Shown here in pieces: positions 13,051-26,322 of a stretch of 64,000 nt of DNA. The translations under genes and the position numbers were made by a program. The DNA is from Octopus sinensis (taxonomy: Eukaryota). Location of the stretch: positions 187,860,001 to 187,924,000 of the forward strand of contig NC_042998.1 of NCBI RefSeq assembly GCF_006345805.1. The letters run 5' to 3'. Positions within the stretch are counted from its first letter, which is position 1. Every line of letters starts with the position of its first letter. Below the pieces are notes generated by a model, which was not told the origin of the DNA, did not search any database, and was given only the letters and a program-made list of their open reading frames with translations.

Positions 13051-13954
13051 CAAAAAGTAAAAATTACGTAATAGAGTAAGTTGGATTAAAATAAATACTA
13101 CAAATTAAATATATGATATAACACAATATGAAAATTGATTTCATGGAAAAGAAAAGAGCAACAGGTCTACTGCCATGGCTTACCCCACCCCCTCATGCAC
13201 ACTGTTTAATGTTATTTGCATTAAAATTTTAACAGTTAATTTTTAACCTAATTAAAGGGTTGCTTCTTGTATGTAGAAATCACCAAACTGAAACAGGACA
13301 CCTTATCATACTACATATTAATAGAATATATACATATTAATAGCATATCTTGCTAATACCAAGTGAATGATAAATTACGTAGGAGAGATAAAATAATACT
13401 GTTAAAATAACAGAAGAAAAAAAACCGAGATTTATATGGTATCTAATTTGAGAAGAGGGAATGGCTGTGATGCTGTAGTGCAAATACAATCATTTTGTGA
13501 ATAATAAATATGTGATCTGAGACCTGTTTCTCTTTCTCATTTCATGCTTATAATGTGTAGCATCAATTTGAATTGTAAAACAAGGATTTTTATAAATCAA
13601 TGGAGAGAGTGAATGTAACTTGCCTGAGTGTAGTTGATGTGCATTTCTTATTATAAATTAAAAGTTCTTTTTGGCTCACAACATTAAGTATGTTATCCCA
13701 CACTTAACTAATATTCTTCCTGCAGAATATTTCTTCCTGCAGAAAATTTCCTATTAGACATGTACTGCTTGTGTAATATAGCTTTCAATGTTAACTATAA
13801 CTATATTTGTTGAATGTAATTCTCTTGAAGTGTAGTTTTATGATTGTTATTATAGATCAACATTTAATGCATCTAGCTTATGAGTAGCTGAAATTTTATT
13901 TTTAGTATTTCCTCTTTCAATTTATTGAGTATAAATAATCCTTTTTTTTTTCAG

Positions 13955-14015
13955 ATTAACTGTGTAGCTGATGTCTGAAAGAAAACATTCCCATAGAAGT
14001 TCTATAAACAATAGG
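13955..14015 (+). CDS. Candidate start-codon exon of an unidentified host gene (MSERKHSHRSSINNR)
   Basis: Acceptor C(T)10CAG, donor AGG|GTAAGC; ATG at 13971 gives 15 codons ending phase 0; the other frames are stopped. No homology recognised. Confidence 0.4.
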
Positions 14016-15310
14016 GTAAGCTTTATTTGCCTATTTCTCCTGCTATTTCATACCTGGTAATTTCCCCTGTCAATATGAATATTAAGAAATGCAGATATTA
14101 CCCATATTGCAAAAGGGGAAAAAAGAAGAGAGCATTAAGGTTAATTTTGGGTTGTAAATGGTCATCTTGAAGGTCAGTGTTTCTTGAACAGTAAGGAATT
14201 ATTCTTGTCTTACAAACTTTGAAGTTATTAATTCTTGGTAACCTTTTCAGAATAACCTCTCATAAAGCAAAATTAGATGCTAATTTTGAGGAGGATGATA
14301 ATGCTGCTATAATTTAGAATATCTGTAGTGCTTTTGTATTAAACAAAAAAAAAAGTTGAAGAAAATATTTTTCTTAAAAATACCTGAAAAAGTAAAGTTG
14401 ATAAAAGAAATATCTGAAATACTTTAATTATTGTTATTGCCTTCTTTTCTATAATAAAAATTATATTAAAATATTTCCAGCAAATAGTTTTTCAAACCAA
14501 TATTAAATACATTTATTTGATACTTACATACATTATTGGCTAATAAAGTGAAACCTCTTCCAACCCCAGAAATTTTTGTGTGTGTGTGGCATGTGTGTGC
14601 ATATGCACAGCTATGTGTGTATATGTCTGAATTTATGTGCATATGCTATTAAATGTGTGTGTGTATTCGTTTGATCTTTCTGAAAATAATACCTAAACAT
14701 TAAATTAAATGCAACTGGACTTAACATGGACAACCTACTTCCCCCTTGTTTATATTTATTACTGACTAAGAATTTATTAAAATTTGTGGAGTGGTTTTGG
14801 GAGAGGAAATGAATTTCCTTTTATCAAGTTGAAATCTGAATAAAAATGGGGTGAATTTTGTGCTGATATCCTGAATCAATCTGTAAACCATGTCTCATTG
14901 AAATATGGAAAATAGAGAATGAAAGCATCAGAAAAACAAAGCTAATCATTTCAATTCCATAATGCTTGTAAACAAATAACAAAATGATTAGGAAATTAAT
15001 TGATTGAAAGCTTTCAGGAACAGCAGTGGTTTTAAATAGTGATTAGCCATCTTATTTTATCTTCACTCAAAGGGATATGACATATATGAACCCGTACCCT
15101 GTCTGGCAGTTTGCTCATATGAATATTTTAATATCTTTGGGTTTTTGGGTTTAAAAAAATATGTTTATAGCATGGACTGGAAGTGTTTATAAATGAATAA
15201 ATATTTAAAAAAATTATGAGGTGTTAGACCAAGGTGTTTAATTATATATTAAGCCTGTTATTGTAGGCATATGTAAGTTGTATAGGTGTGCATTTCAACT
15301 TGGTTTCCTC

Positions 15311-15490
15311 AAAAAACACCCACTACACTCACGAAGTGGTTGGCATTAGGAAGGGCATCCAGCTGTAGAAACACTGCCAAATCAGACTAGAGCCTGGTGC
15401 AGCCTCCATGGCTTACCAGACACCGGTTGAACCGTCCAACCCATGCTAGCATGGAAAACGGACGTTAAATGATGATGATGATGATGATGA
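15311..15490 (+). mobile_element. RTE-LINE 3'UTR copy, 5'-truncated
   Basis: Ends CCATGCTAGCATGGAAAACGGACGTTAAA(TGA)n. Confidence 0.8.
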
Positions 15491-15885
15491 ATCTCCCAAT
15501 ATCTGATCTAATAAAAATCTTTTCTCATTTGTGGGGCTCAACTTTCCAATGTCTAATTTAATGCTTGTGCAAGTGAAACTAAGTACCTTTCAGTTTGTTT
15601 CTGCTTTAATGGGTTTGGATGAAAGACTGTATTGCTGCATTTTGCAATGCATCTTGATACTGAGGCTTTGTTTCAATTTAATGTGTGATTGGAGAAAAGT
15701 TTTCTCTCTTTTCCATCTCTTCTAAATATATTATGTGAATGTGAGTGTCTTTGTGCTTAGAGAGGAAATTGTCCTGCCAGTTTCACTTGTCCTAAATATG
15801 TGAAATGTACTCAGATGTATCTATGCTATATGAACTATGCACTTCACCAGAAAGATAGACATATGATGATTATATATACTCGTTT

Positions 15886-16256
15886 ATATTACTTGTTTCA
15901 GTCAGTTGACTGCGGCCATGCTGGAGCACTGCTTTGTAGGGTTTTAGTCAAAATTGACCCCAGGGCTTATTTTTAAGCCTAGTACTTATTCTGTTAGTCT
16001 CTTTGTTAAACTGCTAAATTATGGGGATGTAAACACACCAACACCAGTTCTCAAGCAGTGACGGGGGTGCAAACACTGACACAAAGACACTCACACATAG
16101 ATATATATGACGGGCTTCTTTCGGTTTTTGCCTACCAAATCCACTCGCAAGGCTTTGATTTGCCTGAGGCTATAGAAGAAGACACTTGCCCAAGGTGCCA
16201 TGCATTGGGACTGAACTCAGAACCATGTGGTTGGGAAGCAACCTTCTTTACACACT
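15886..16256 (-). mobile_element. SINE-A, diverged
   Basis: Both halves recognisable. Confidence 0.8.
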
Positions 16257-16661
16257 GGTTTCAACCATTGGATTGTAGTCAAGCTGGAGCACTGCCTTCA
16301 AGGGGTGGTTGATTGTATCAACTTTATTTCTTGATTGGTACCCTTTTGTAAGTGACCTCAAAAAGATGAAATGCAGTGTAAACCTGGGCATGTTATGAAT
16401 TCTGAATGTCATCAGATACTACAAGGTAATTTACCTGATACTCTACTGATTCTAGTCCCCAAAGCGCTTTTGATTCTTCCATCCCAGCTCTAATCAAGGT
16501 AGTTTCTATGTAGTTATTCACCTGTTAAAAATAATATCCAAATTACTCTTAAATCAAACTCAACTATTTGATACAGATAAAGACACATTGGATAATGTAT
16601 TTTTAAATACTCCTTAAATGATGGGATGCTTTTGAGCATAAGTTTAGACAATAACATTGAT

Positions 16662-16867
16662 CTGGAGCTGGTGACACGTAAAAGCACTTGTGCCATGTTA
16701 AAATTACCCAACATGCACTGTAAAGTGGTTGGCATTGGGAGGGCATCCAGCTGTAGAAATCAAGACAAATCATACTGAACCTGGTGCAGCTCTCCAGCTT
16801 GCTAGCTCTGGTCAAACTGTCCAACTCATGCCAGCATGGAAAACAGATGTTAAAGGATGATGATGAT
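16662..16867 (+). mobile_element. RTE-LINE 3'UTR copy, diverged
   Basis: GTGGTTGGCATTGGGAGGGCATCCAGCTGTAG ... (GAT)n. Confidence 0.7.
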
Positions 16868-17326
16868 TGATATATATATATATATATATATAATATATAT
16901 ATTAAAGGTTGAATGTCTGTTATTTATCTACAAAATAGGATTAGAATTAACAACCAAGTAACTTTTTCCTCTTTAACATTAAATTTATCTCACTTGGTTC
17001 TGGTTACTCTGTGCATTGACCTGGTACTTTGATTAATCCTTTGTTCTTGTATGCTTCTCTTTGTCTGTCTGTCTGTCTTCCTGTCCGTCTGTCTGTCTGT
17101 CTCTCTCTCTCTGTCTCTCTCTCTCTCTCTCCTTGCTGATTTTAAACTGATGGCATGATGAGGTATATGTACTTGTTTTTCAGCCTTAAGTTAACCTTTA
17201 TCAAGCAGATGTGTATTCAAAAGCATTTCCACAAGACTGCACCATGTTTTTAGGGGTTTGTGGGACTACATTTATATAATGTCTTTTCTTTAAAGGTTGT
17301 AGAATGAGACTTGATGGAGATTTTAA

Positions 17327-17546
17327 CCCTTTTGATACCAATCCGCCTGAAACTGCCTCTGGCTCTGTAGTACAAATGTCTTGTTTTCAAAGGTTCTGAA
17401 TTAGAACCTTCCACCAAACCTGTCACAATTTATGTTCCTAACACTGGTTTAATGATAACTAAGTTATTTTACTAAATTCTTTGTTATATTTAAAATTAAT
17501 TGAAAGAAACACAGAGTGTCTCAACAGAAATATGGTAACAAAAGGG
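17327..17546 (-). mobile_element. piggyBac-like MITE family 1, monomer
   Basis: TTAA|CCCTTTTG ... CAAAAGGG|TCAA; body is the reverse complement of the units at 24477-24949. Confidence 0.8.
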
Positions 17547-17704
17547 TCAAGCAACTTATATTATGAAATGGATGGGCTATATGTCATTTAATATCTTTCT
17601 AAAATTTGACTATTAAGTGAATTTTGACGACCATCTTCAGATACAGGACTTTAGTTGGTAAGAAGGTGGCCATAAAAGGTGAAGAAGAGGATGTAGAATG
17701 GTGA

Positions 17705-18072
17705 CATCATCATTGTTTAATGTCTGTTTTCCATGCTAGCAGGGTGTGGATGGTCGACTGGGGTCTTGGAAGCCAGAAGGCTGCACTAGGCTCCAGTCTG
17801 ATCTGGCAGAGTTTCTACAGCTGGATGCCCTTCCTAATGCCAACCACTCTGTGAGTGTATTGGGTGCAGGTGTGGTGCTTTTTACGTGCCACCGACATGG
17901 AAGCCAGTCAAGGTGGCGCTGGCATTGGCCATGTTCGGATGGTGTTTTTTACATGCCACCGGCACAGGTATCACAACTACAATTTCCATTGATTTTTGAT
18001 GTTGATGTACTTGACTCAATAGGTCTCCTCAAGCACGGTCGAAATGGTGTAACGAGCGGCACTGGCAATGAC
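17705..18072 (-). mobile_element. RTE-LINE 3'UTR copy
   Basis: Family motifs. Confidence 0.75.
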
Positions 18073-18880
18073 ATCAGAGAAAAAAATAAAACCTTCAAGA
18101 ATGTTCATTACTTTACAACGGTGTTAGCTAAAATATATTAATGAGAGTGTAAATAAGTGGTATTCAACCTAGTTGCCCACAGTAAACACTGCCTTGTACA
18201 GCACTGGAAAGAAAAAATATAAGAACTCCTTCCAGGCAACAGGATTGATAGAACTTCTGTAGTAGCTGTGTGGTTGTTTGCTAGTAACTCTCTACTGATG
18301 TCTGCACAATTTGAAGTCTTCTTTAAGTAAAAAAGTAGAGCTCTAAGAAATAAAGAAAAAAAAAAGAAAAGCCCAATAAGCAAAGAAATTAGCCAAAGTG
18401 AAAAGGCGATCTGGTGAGAATCAGCTGATTAATACTTAAACTATGTCACAAATGAATCAATCTCAGCTCTTGATTTTATGATAGTGTGATCATGGTAAAT
18501 ATAGTGCATTTTTATTTGGGGATTGGTTATTTATATGATGGGTGGAGCACTGCATTGCTCATTGAGTGTATTGGTTTGGTAATAAGCGGACCTGAATGCT
18601 ACAAAGGAGTGAGAAAGATCTAAGAAGAAGATTATAGTAATAATAATAATAATAATAATAATACAACAAAAATATGGAGTAAATGGGTAAATAGTGTCCT
18701 TAATAAAAGGAGTGGAGGAATTTAGGGAAGGTGGAGGTGCAAGATAAAGGTGAGGTGAAAGAAATGGGTAAATTGTTGGAAGGTGAATGACAGTTCTTTT
18801 ATGTGAAAGTAGGAAGGGAAAGGCCTTGGTGAATTTGTTTGATGGAAAATGAATGAAATGAATCCATAGAAAAGAAAATA

Positions 18881-19290
18881 GGCGCAGGAGTGGCTGTGTG
18901 GTAAGTAGCTTGTTTACCAACCACATGGTTCCGGGTTCAGTCCCACTGCGTGGCACCTTGGGCAAGTGTCTTCTACTATAGCCTCGGGCCGACCAAAGCC
19001 TTGTGAGTGGATTTGGTAGACGGAAACTGAAAGAAGCCCGTCGTATATATATATATATGTGCGTGTGTGTGTTTGTGTGTCTGTGTTTGTCCCCCTAGCA
19101 TTGCTTGACAACCGATGCTGGTGTGTTTATGTCCCCGTTACTTAGCGGTTCGGCAAAAGAGACCGATAGAATAAGTACTGGGCTCACAAAAAAGAATAAG
19201 TCCCAGGGTCGAGTTGCTCGATTAAAGGCGGTGCTCCAGCATGGCCGCAGTCAAATGACTGAAACAAGTAAAAGAGTAAAATAGTAAAGA
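18881..19290 (+). mobile_element. SINE-A, young full-length
   Basis: GGCGCAGGAGTGGCTGTGTGG head with CpGs intact, AGTAAAAG tail. Confidence 0.95.
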
Positions 19291-20099
19291 GATGTATGGA
19301 GATATGTTTAGAAGTCATGATAGGGAGGGCATGCTGAGAATTGATTGGGGAAAAATGGAATTAGTGGATAAAATGTGAAGTGCAGGTCAGTGCAAGTTGG
19401 TTTGATGAGAGAGGGAGAGGAAGGGGAGAGAGAGAGGGGGGATTAGAGTGATTGGGAATTGAGAAAAGTGTGGAAGGGAGGGATTTTTTTTTTGTTCTTT
19501 TATTTTAAATATGGTATTGCCCATAGCCCTTTCTGGTCCTCCCAGACTGGTGAGATGACTGGAGTAAGGATAGGTGGAGGAGGAGTGAGCATAGAAAGAA
19601 TAACATGAGTATTTGGAGTGTGGAGGGAAGAAAAGGAGTGGAGTGAGCCAGTGTGTGTGTGAGTGTGTGAGAGAGAGAGAGAGGAAAAGGAGTTGAATGA
19701 TGTGAGAAAGATAAGAGTGACACAACAGAAAGGGGTGGAATGAAAGTGAAAATGCAATTGTGGAAAGAGAGTAAAAAGAGGTGAAGATGAAGAGGGTGGT
19801 GGTTGTGGGGGGGGGAGAAGGAGTAAGAGTGAAATGGAAAGTCAGAGTAGCAAGAAATGAGTGTTCGATTGATCTGGAATAAAATGTTTAAGAACGAAGA
19901 AGAAGAAACTGGAGAAAGGGACAGAGAATCAGAGTGTGTGTGTGTGGTGGTGGTGGTGGTGGTGGTGGGGTGGGGCGGAAATGAATGAGAGACGGCGCAA
20001 AGGAAATGAATGACCGAGGAAATGAATGAAGAGGAATAAAAATGTGAGAGATGAGGAAGTGGTAAACAAGACACAAAACAGAAGTCAAAGACAGTTGCA

Positions 20100-20193
20100 G
20101 CATCAGCACTATCGGCCTCCCTCTGCTGCTATTGCACTAGTAGTAGTAGTAGTAGTGGTAGTGGTAGTAGTGGTGGTGGTGGTGGTGGTGGCG

Positions 20194-20242
<49 letters not shown>

Positions 20243-20933
20243 CGGTGGTGGTAGTAGTAGTTGTAGTATTAGTAGTAGTAGTAGTAATAGCAGCAGCGGG
20301 AATGGCATCAGCATCATCGTCATCATCATCTTCCTTATCGACACCTGCAACAACAACAGCAGCAGCAGCAGCAGGCCATACAGTTACTTATACAACTGCT
20401 GTGGCTGCTGTTGATGACAACAACAACAACAACAACAACAACTGGCTGCTGCTTCTGCTGCTGCTGCTGCTATGTTGTTTCTGCTCTCATGTGCTGCTGC
20501 CGCCGCCTTTGCTCGAGGGGACGAGTGTTTTTGAGATGATGCTCTTCATTCTGGCAGGTGGACAGTAATGAAATAGATGATGATGGCCTTCTCTCACCCT
20601 TCTTCTTACTACTACCACCACTACTACTACTACTACTACTGCTGCTGCTACTACTACTACTACTACTACACTGCTGCTGTTGTTATCGCCGCTGCTGTTG
20701 CTGATGTTTATGTTTGGGAAGCTGTGTTGTCTTCTTAGGTGCTTGCTGCTGCTGCTGCTGCTACTGCCGCTGCTGTCATCTTTGTCATTGTCTGTTGGCC
20801 TCATCAGTGTGACACTCAGCTTCATGCTGTCATCATCTTTGTTACTGCTGCTGTTGCTGTTCTTGTTGCTGCTTCTTCTTTTGGAAGTGGCACCAGACAA
20901 CACCACCCCCATTGACCGCCGTTGATGCTTCAT
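20100..20933. repeat. Mosaic of trinucleotide repeats (AGT/GGT/GCA/CAA/GCT/CAT), coding-like
   Basis: Direct reading; see findings. Confidence 0.85.
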
Positions 20934-21125
20934 GTTGCTCGGAGGAGCTCAGTTGAGTTTCAGAATTTTGGAGTTCTTATGTCCCACCCCAATTTCTCCT
21001 CTTCCCGCACCCAAATTCCTCTACCGTTTCTTACACGCTTTCCGACCTCCCTCCTCATCAGGGTGGCTTTTCAACACGTTAATCTTCCTCCCCTTCCCGC
21101 CCCATTTTGATTTTTTTTTTTTAAG

Positions 21126-21287
21126 TGAAGGAGTGGACGGACTTCAGCCGCTATTTAATAACTGCATTGACACTGGAATTACAACCTTCTGACCCCCAAC
21201 CATGGAGGAGGAACTACTGTGTTTTAATTCCGAAACAGCAAGTTCTATATCGAGAGAGGATGACAGTCGAATCAGGGGATCATACAG
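21126..21287 (+). CDS. Weak candidate exon (162 nt, open frame KEWTDFSRYL...ESGDHT; alternative ATG at 21202 MEEELLCFNSETASS...)
   Basis: (T)n AAG acceptor, CAG|GTAAAA donor, CCAACCATGG Kozak context; phase does not fit the next candidate exon. Confidence 0.25.
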
Positions 21288-22739
21288 GTAAAACTTGGAT
21301 AATCTCATTTATAATTGTAGCAGAAGATGGATACAGTAATAGATAGCCTGATACATAGATATTGGATAATTTGTTTTGGTAGATAAATAGAGAGATAGAA
21401 AGATAAATTGATAGAAAGATAGATTGATAGACAGACAGATAGATAATTGGATGGCTGGAAGTGGATGAATAGATGGGTAAAGTGAAACAAAAATGGTTAA
21501 CTAAGGTGGCTGGGTGGAACTTGATGAGTGGCTAGAATTATATATGTTGATGAATGAATGAATAGAACTAAATACATACATAGGTGATTGGATGCAAGTG
21601 AATTGACAAAATGATAAATAAAAAAAAAAACGTAGGTAGTACCCATGCTTACTTTGTCCTCAATGAATTTATTGATGTTCTTTTGGTTTACTTGGTATGT
21701 AGTGGGAGAGAGGAGAAAGCATGGGTAGGTGATGTTTGTGAAAATTGCTAAACAATTTCCTCACAAGTCTTAAGACACATGCTTGGTAACCTAAGATATT
21801 CTTATTTCATGGCTACTTGCAGCTTGTCCAATACTATCCCCACTATCCCCTCATGGTTGAATATTATTACATCTGTTTGTCGATCTTTTTATTGATAAGG
21901 TGCCGCTTCTTTTGCTTGCTACTTGCATAACAGGCAAATCTTGTACTAATTTTCTATCTTGTTTTATCATCATTAGCCTAAAATGATGATGATGATAGTG
22001 TTGCTAATAATGCTAATAATTTATAACAATTTAGTTTTATTATTTATTCAGTTAGTCATATTTTTTTTCTTACCTACAAGCTATCATCATGCATATATGT
22101 ATATACAGTTAGTAACATAACACAGGCAAATGTATATACTATAAATTATTCTATATACATGTAATAAAATATATATATACAATGCTTTACACACTTACAA
22201 GCAAACATACACAGACATGCACAATTAGTAGTCTCTTCATTTTCAAGTGTGTTCTCTAACTTCATACTTCAACTCACCAACACAGTTTAATATTGTTTTT
22301 ATGTCATTTTTTGTTTAATCATGCGTGATTTATTTGCTCACTTGATGACTCTATAAATTCTCTTAAACCAGGGTAGATGTTAAGAGTCTAAATCTAATGA
22401 GTAATTGGTTAAATTTCTTGGCTTGTTTTTAAAGTGACTCAAGCTTAGAAATATTTCTGCACTCTTAAGTACAACAGGGAAATGATATTTCTGTTTTCAT
22501 ATGCATTCAGTGATTTTCTTCATAGGATATAAGTAATGTGTCTGTGTGTTTGTATATCTATGTTGTATGTTTGTGTGTATGTATGTATATGCATGTATAA
22601 TTTTATGTCTGTAGAGGGAGTAATAATTTAGTGGATAAAGATCATGCACTGTGTGTTTATATTCTGTTGCTAGCATTGCATTGTTCTCAGGCAAGATACT
22701 TAACTCTACTGGATCTGCTATACTTTCTTTTTCAAACAG

Positions 22740-22800
22740 GAAGTTTATGATTCTGACAAATCAAGATGTTCACAACTTTCTCTAAGTTGTAACATACAAT
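22740..22800 (+). CDS. Candidate internal exon (EVYDSDKSRCSQLSLSCNIQ)
   Basis: Acceptor TACTTTCTTTTTCAAACAG|G, donor AAT|GTAAGG; only phase 0 is open, compatible with 13955-14015. Confidence 0.45.
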
Positions 22801-23530
22801 GTAAGGAAAGATTGCTTGTTAAAAACTATATAGTTCCTTGTTTCATTGTAGCTACTAAATACTCTGGAGACAGTTTTTCTAATATTTTTCATTTCTCAAA
22901 CAGCACTAAGCATAGATATGATCTTGTACGTATTTTTTTTTGGATTGTTTTCTGGAATGTTAGTGTTTAAAATTGGCAGTTTTAATAGACTTAATCTTTT
23001 GTCCAGTTTAACATCACCACCTGACCCATGAGGACTTCTAGTGGAGTCTATTCGATTGCAAGCATTCTGGCTAGATTTCCAGTCTGAGGATTATGTCCTT
23101 TTACTAATCATAGAGGCCATGACCCTGAAAATGAAGAATCATGGGCATCGTCCACTCCTCCTCTGATTAAGCCATAAAGGTTAAACAAGGTAACAAAAAA
23201 GAAAACAATATTTGTTGAAGAGTGGTCACTAACCCATGGAGATCTCAATAAAAGGCCAAAAAATAATTATAAAATGTTTTTTGAGCGTTCATATTTGATA
23301 CATGGGGTAAATACTTTGGCAGAAGTTGAGTATTTTGTTGATTTTTCATGTAACTATTAGCATCCTGAAGGTTCTTATGCAACATCAACTAATTTACTAT
23401 TATTGTTGTTTAGCCCCAGGTCAACCCTGATTGAGCAGAACAATGACCAAAGGTGTTCCAACCATAACCATCCCTTATTTTTTAGAGTTTGTAGGATTGT
23501 TGCCAGAGTGACAAGCTGGCCTCTGAGCTG

Positions 23531-23837
23531 ATGGCACATTAAAAACACCATTCGCGTGTGATCGTTACCTGCGTCACCTTACTAGCATTTGTGCTAGTGG
23601 CACGTGAAACATTTGAGCGAGGTCGTTGCCAGTGCTGCTGGACTGGCTCCTGTGCAGGTGACACATAAAAAGCACCATTTAGGCGTGGCCATTGCCAGTA
23701 CCACCAAACTGGCCCTCGTGCCGGTGGCACGTAAAAAAGCTGCCAGATCAGATTGGAGTCTGGTTTGCCAGACCTCAGTCAAATCGTTCAACCCATGCTA
23801 GCATGGAAAGCAGACGTTAAATGATGATGATGATGAT
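23531..23837 (+). mobile_element. RTE-LINE 3'UTR copy
   Basis: Family body + (GAT)n. Confidence 0.8.
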
Positions 23838-24476
23838 AAAAGTGCCCTTTTTTAATTTAAGATATATGGAGGTATGATTTAAAGTATATCTGCTAGCATC
23901 TATAACAGGCTAAGCATTCACACTGAAGCTATATATCATTAGTTCTCACCTAACTGGACTCTAACATAGATAGTGTAGCACCACACATGCACACATATTA
24001 AAATAAATACCTTAGTGTCAAATTAGCATTTGGTAAGTTCATTTAATATTTGTGGCAAAACCTATAGTTTTATACTTTTTATAAGTTACTCTGAGGGAAG
24101 AAAATATTGCTCATCACTCTTGAAAGCTCCTTTCTGGTTGGTAAGATTATTCCAAAGGTGGAAGTACATTGCCCATGATCTTTGTTGGTCTCCTTACACT
24201 GGTGAGATTGATGCAGCTGTTGCCTGTCCCAAGCATTTTTATAGACCAATGTGTGCTGGAAAATATGAATAGGGCAGGAACTAGTTGTCTGAATGCATGC
24301 AATGAAATTTGTTAAAGGTACCTAAAGACCAGGTATTATTTTGTGTGTAACAAATTTTCCTATGAAATACATTGCCTATGTTTCAATTAATTTTGAAACT
24401 ATAGTTGGCTTTGCATTCAGAAAAAAAACTCTCTTATTTATAAGATAATATCTGTTAATAGTGGCTCATGCTTTAA

Positions 24477-24949
24477 CCCTTTCGTTACTGTATTTATTTT
24501 GAGATGTTCTGTGTTTCTTTCAATTACTTTAAATATAACAAAGAATTTAGTAAAATAACTTAGTTATCATTAAGCTAGTGTTAGGAACATAAATTGTGAC
24601 TGAGGTTTGGTGGAAGATTTTCATTCAGAACTTTTGAAAGTAAGACATTTGTACTACAGAGCCAGAGCCGGTTTTGGCCAGGTTGCTATCAAAAGGGTTA
24701 AGAATTGTTTCTCTATTATATATTTTAACCCTTTCGTTACTGTATTTATTTTGAGATGTTCTGTGTTTCTTTCAATTACTTTAAATATAACAAAGAATTT
24801 AGTAAAATAACTTAGTTATCATTAAGCTAGTGTTAGGAACATAAATTGTGACTAAGGTTTGGTGGAAGATTTTAATTCAATACTTATGAAAGTAAGACAT
24901 TTGTACTACAGAGCCAGAGCTGGTTTTGGCCGGGTTGGTAATGAAAGGG
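24477..24949 (+). mobile_element. piggyBac-like MITE family 1, head-to-tail dimer
   Basis: Two ~220-bp units, each TTAA|CCCTTTCGTTAC...AAAGGG|TTAA, separated by a 23-bp linker (24702-24724). Confidence 0.9.
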
Positions 24950-25840
24950 TTAAGTCAAATACTTATGCTAACTATGCCCATTTTGAAAATGATGGGGTAA
25001 CATTTGGGAAAGATTTGGCAAGAATTTTTTCAGTTTAAGCAACTGCATAAAGTTTGCTCATTAGCTCTCAGACAAACATAAAAACAACACATACACAGGA
25101 AAATAGTTACAATTCTTAGTCCTTGGGTCACTTTTGTAACTTTTCTGATTAAAAACCATATACTCATCTGCTGATTTCTGTTTCTCCTGTTTGCTCCACC
25201 AAATATCTATACATGTATGTGTGTATGTGTGTATTTATCTCTTTATATGAGGTGTGAATTTATCTCTTTTATGAATGTATTATTTCATCAATGCTAATAA
25301 TAACCCAATAGCAGTAAAAGGCTACCAGTTATATCACATCATCATTGTTGTAGGTTGAATCTGCAATATTTTGGCTGTGTCATCATTAGTAGTTACAAAC
25401 CCAACATTGTTTCAGAGAAAGGCCTAATATTTTCTTACATAGAATTAATTAATCCTATATGTTCTATGGTGTTACACAATTTTTCTTGGACACTGACAAA
25501 TTTATATAATCAGATGTTTTGTTCTGGATATCAATTCATATATTCATAGTTTAACTTAGAGAACATGTATAGTTCTAAATAACTGCACTGAAGCAAATGA
25601 AGCTCAATAAGATAGAAATTGTGATTCTTTGATGATCAGAGCTGCATGATTTGCTAAGCTTTGATCTGAAACTTGCTTTACTGTAAAGCTAGAAATACTT
25701 TCTTAACAAAGGATTAACTCATATGATCTACAGTGTGTTGCATAGTTTTTGAAACTAATAAGTGCCAAAGGTTTGAAGAAAAGGAGAACTTAAAACAAAA
25801 TAGTCTGAAATGTGTATATGTGTGCGTATATAGTAACTGT

Positions 25841-26157
25841 GAAGTCGCATGGCTCAGTGGTTGGAGCGTCGAACTTACAACCGTCAGGTTTTGAGTTCGA
25901 TTCTCGGACCGGGCTATGTGTTGTGTTCTCGAGCAAGACACTTTATTTCACGTTGCTCCAGTTCACTCAGCTGTAGAAATGAGTTGCGACATCACAGGTG
26001 CCAAGCTGTATAGGCCCTTGCCTTTCCCTTGGATAACATAGGTGGTGTGGAGAGGGGAGGCTGCTGGTCTTCCATAAACAACCTTGCCCGGACTTGTGCC
26101 TGGGAGGATAACTTTCTAGGTGCAATCCCATGGTCAAGCATGACCGAAGGGGATCTC
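25841..26157 (+). mobile_element. tRNA-derived SINE (third family)
   Basis: A box TGGCTCAGTGG (25850-25860), B box GAGTTCGATTC (25893-25903), then non-tRNA body GAGCAAGACACTT...CACTCAGCTG. Confidence 0.85.
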
Positions 26158-26322
26158 AGCAGCATAGTAACTAGGATGTCAAACAAAGTTTTGTATACAT
26201 AGTTTCCTTTTGAAATAATCACCAATTCATGTAGAATAATCAATAGGTGCATTTATTGCAGTTAATTCCATTTGAGACTAATCAACATGAAACCCTCGGT
26301 ATTGACTTGAACTCCTATTCAT

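Noticed and set aside
16434-16520. 87-nt open minus-strand exon with good AG/GT signals
   Set aside because: The donor half lies in a decayed SINE-B-like head; probably chance.
20026-20568. Poly-Val 'transmembrane' ORF
   Set aside because: Product of the (GTA/GTG)n repeat; there is no independent support for this frame.
25620-25670. C/D-box snoRNA (TGATGA...CTGA)
   Set aside because: Only about 40-50 nt long, imperfect C box, no terminal stem.
25841-25915. tRNA gene
   Set aside because: No closing acceptor stem or oligo-T terminator; it continues into a SINE body, so it is a SINE head.
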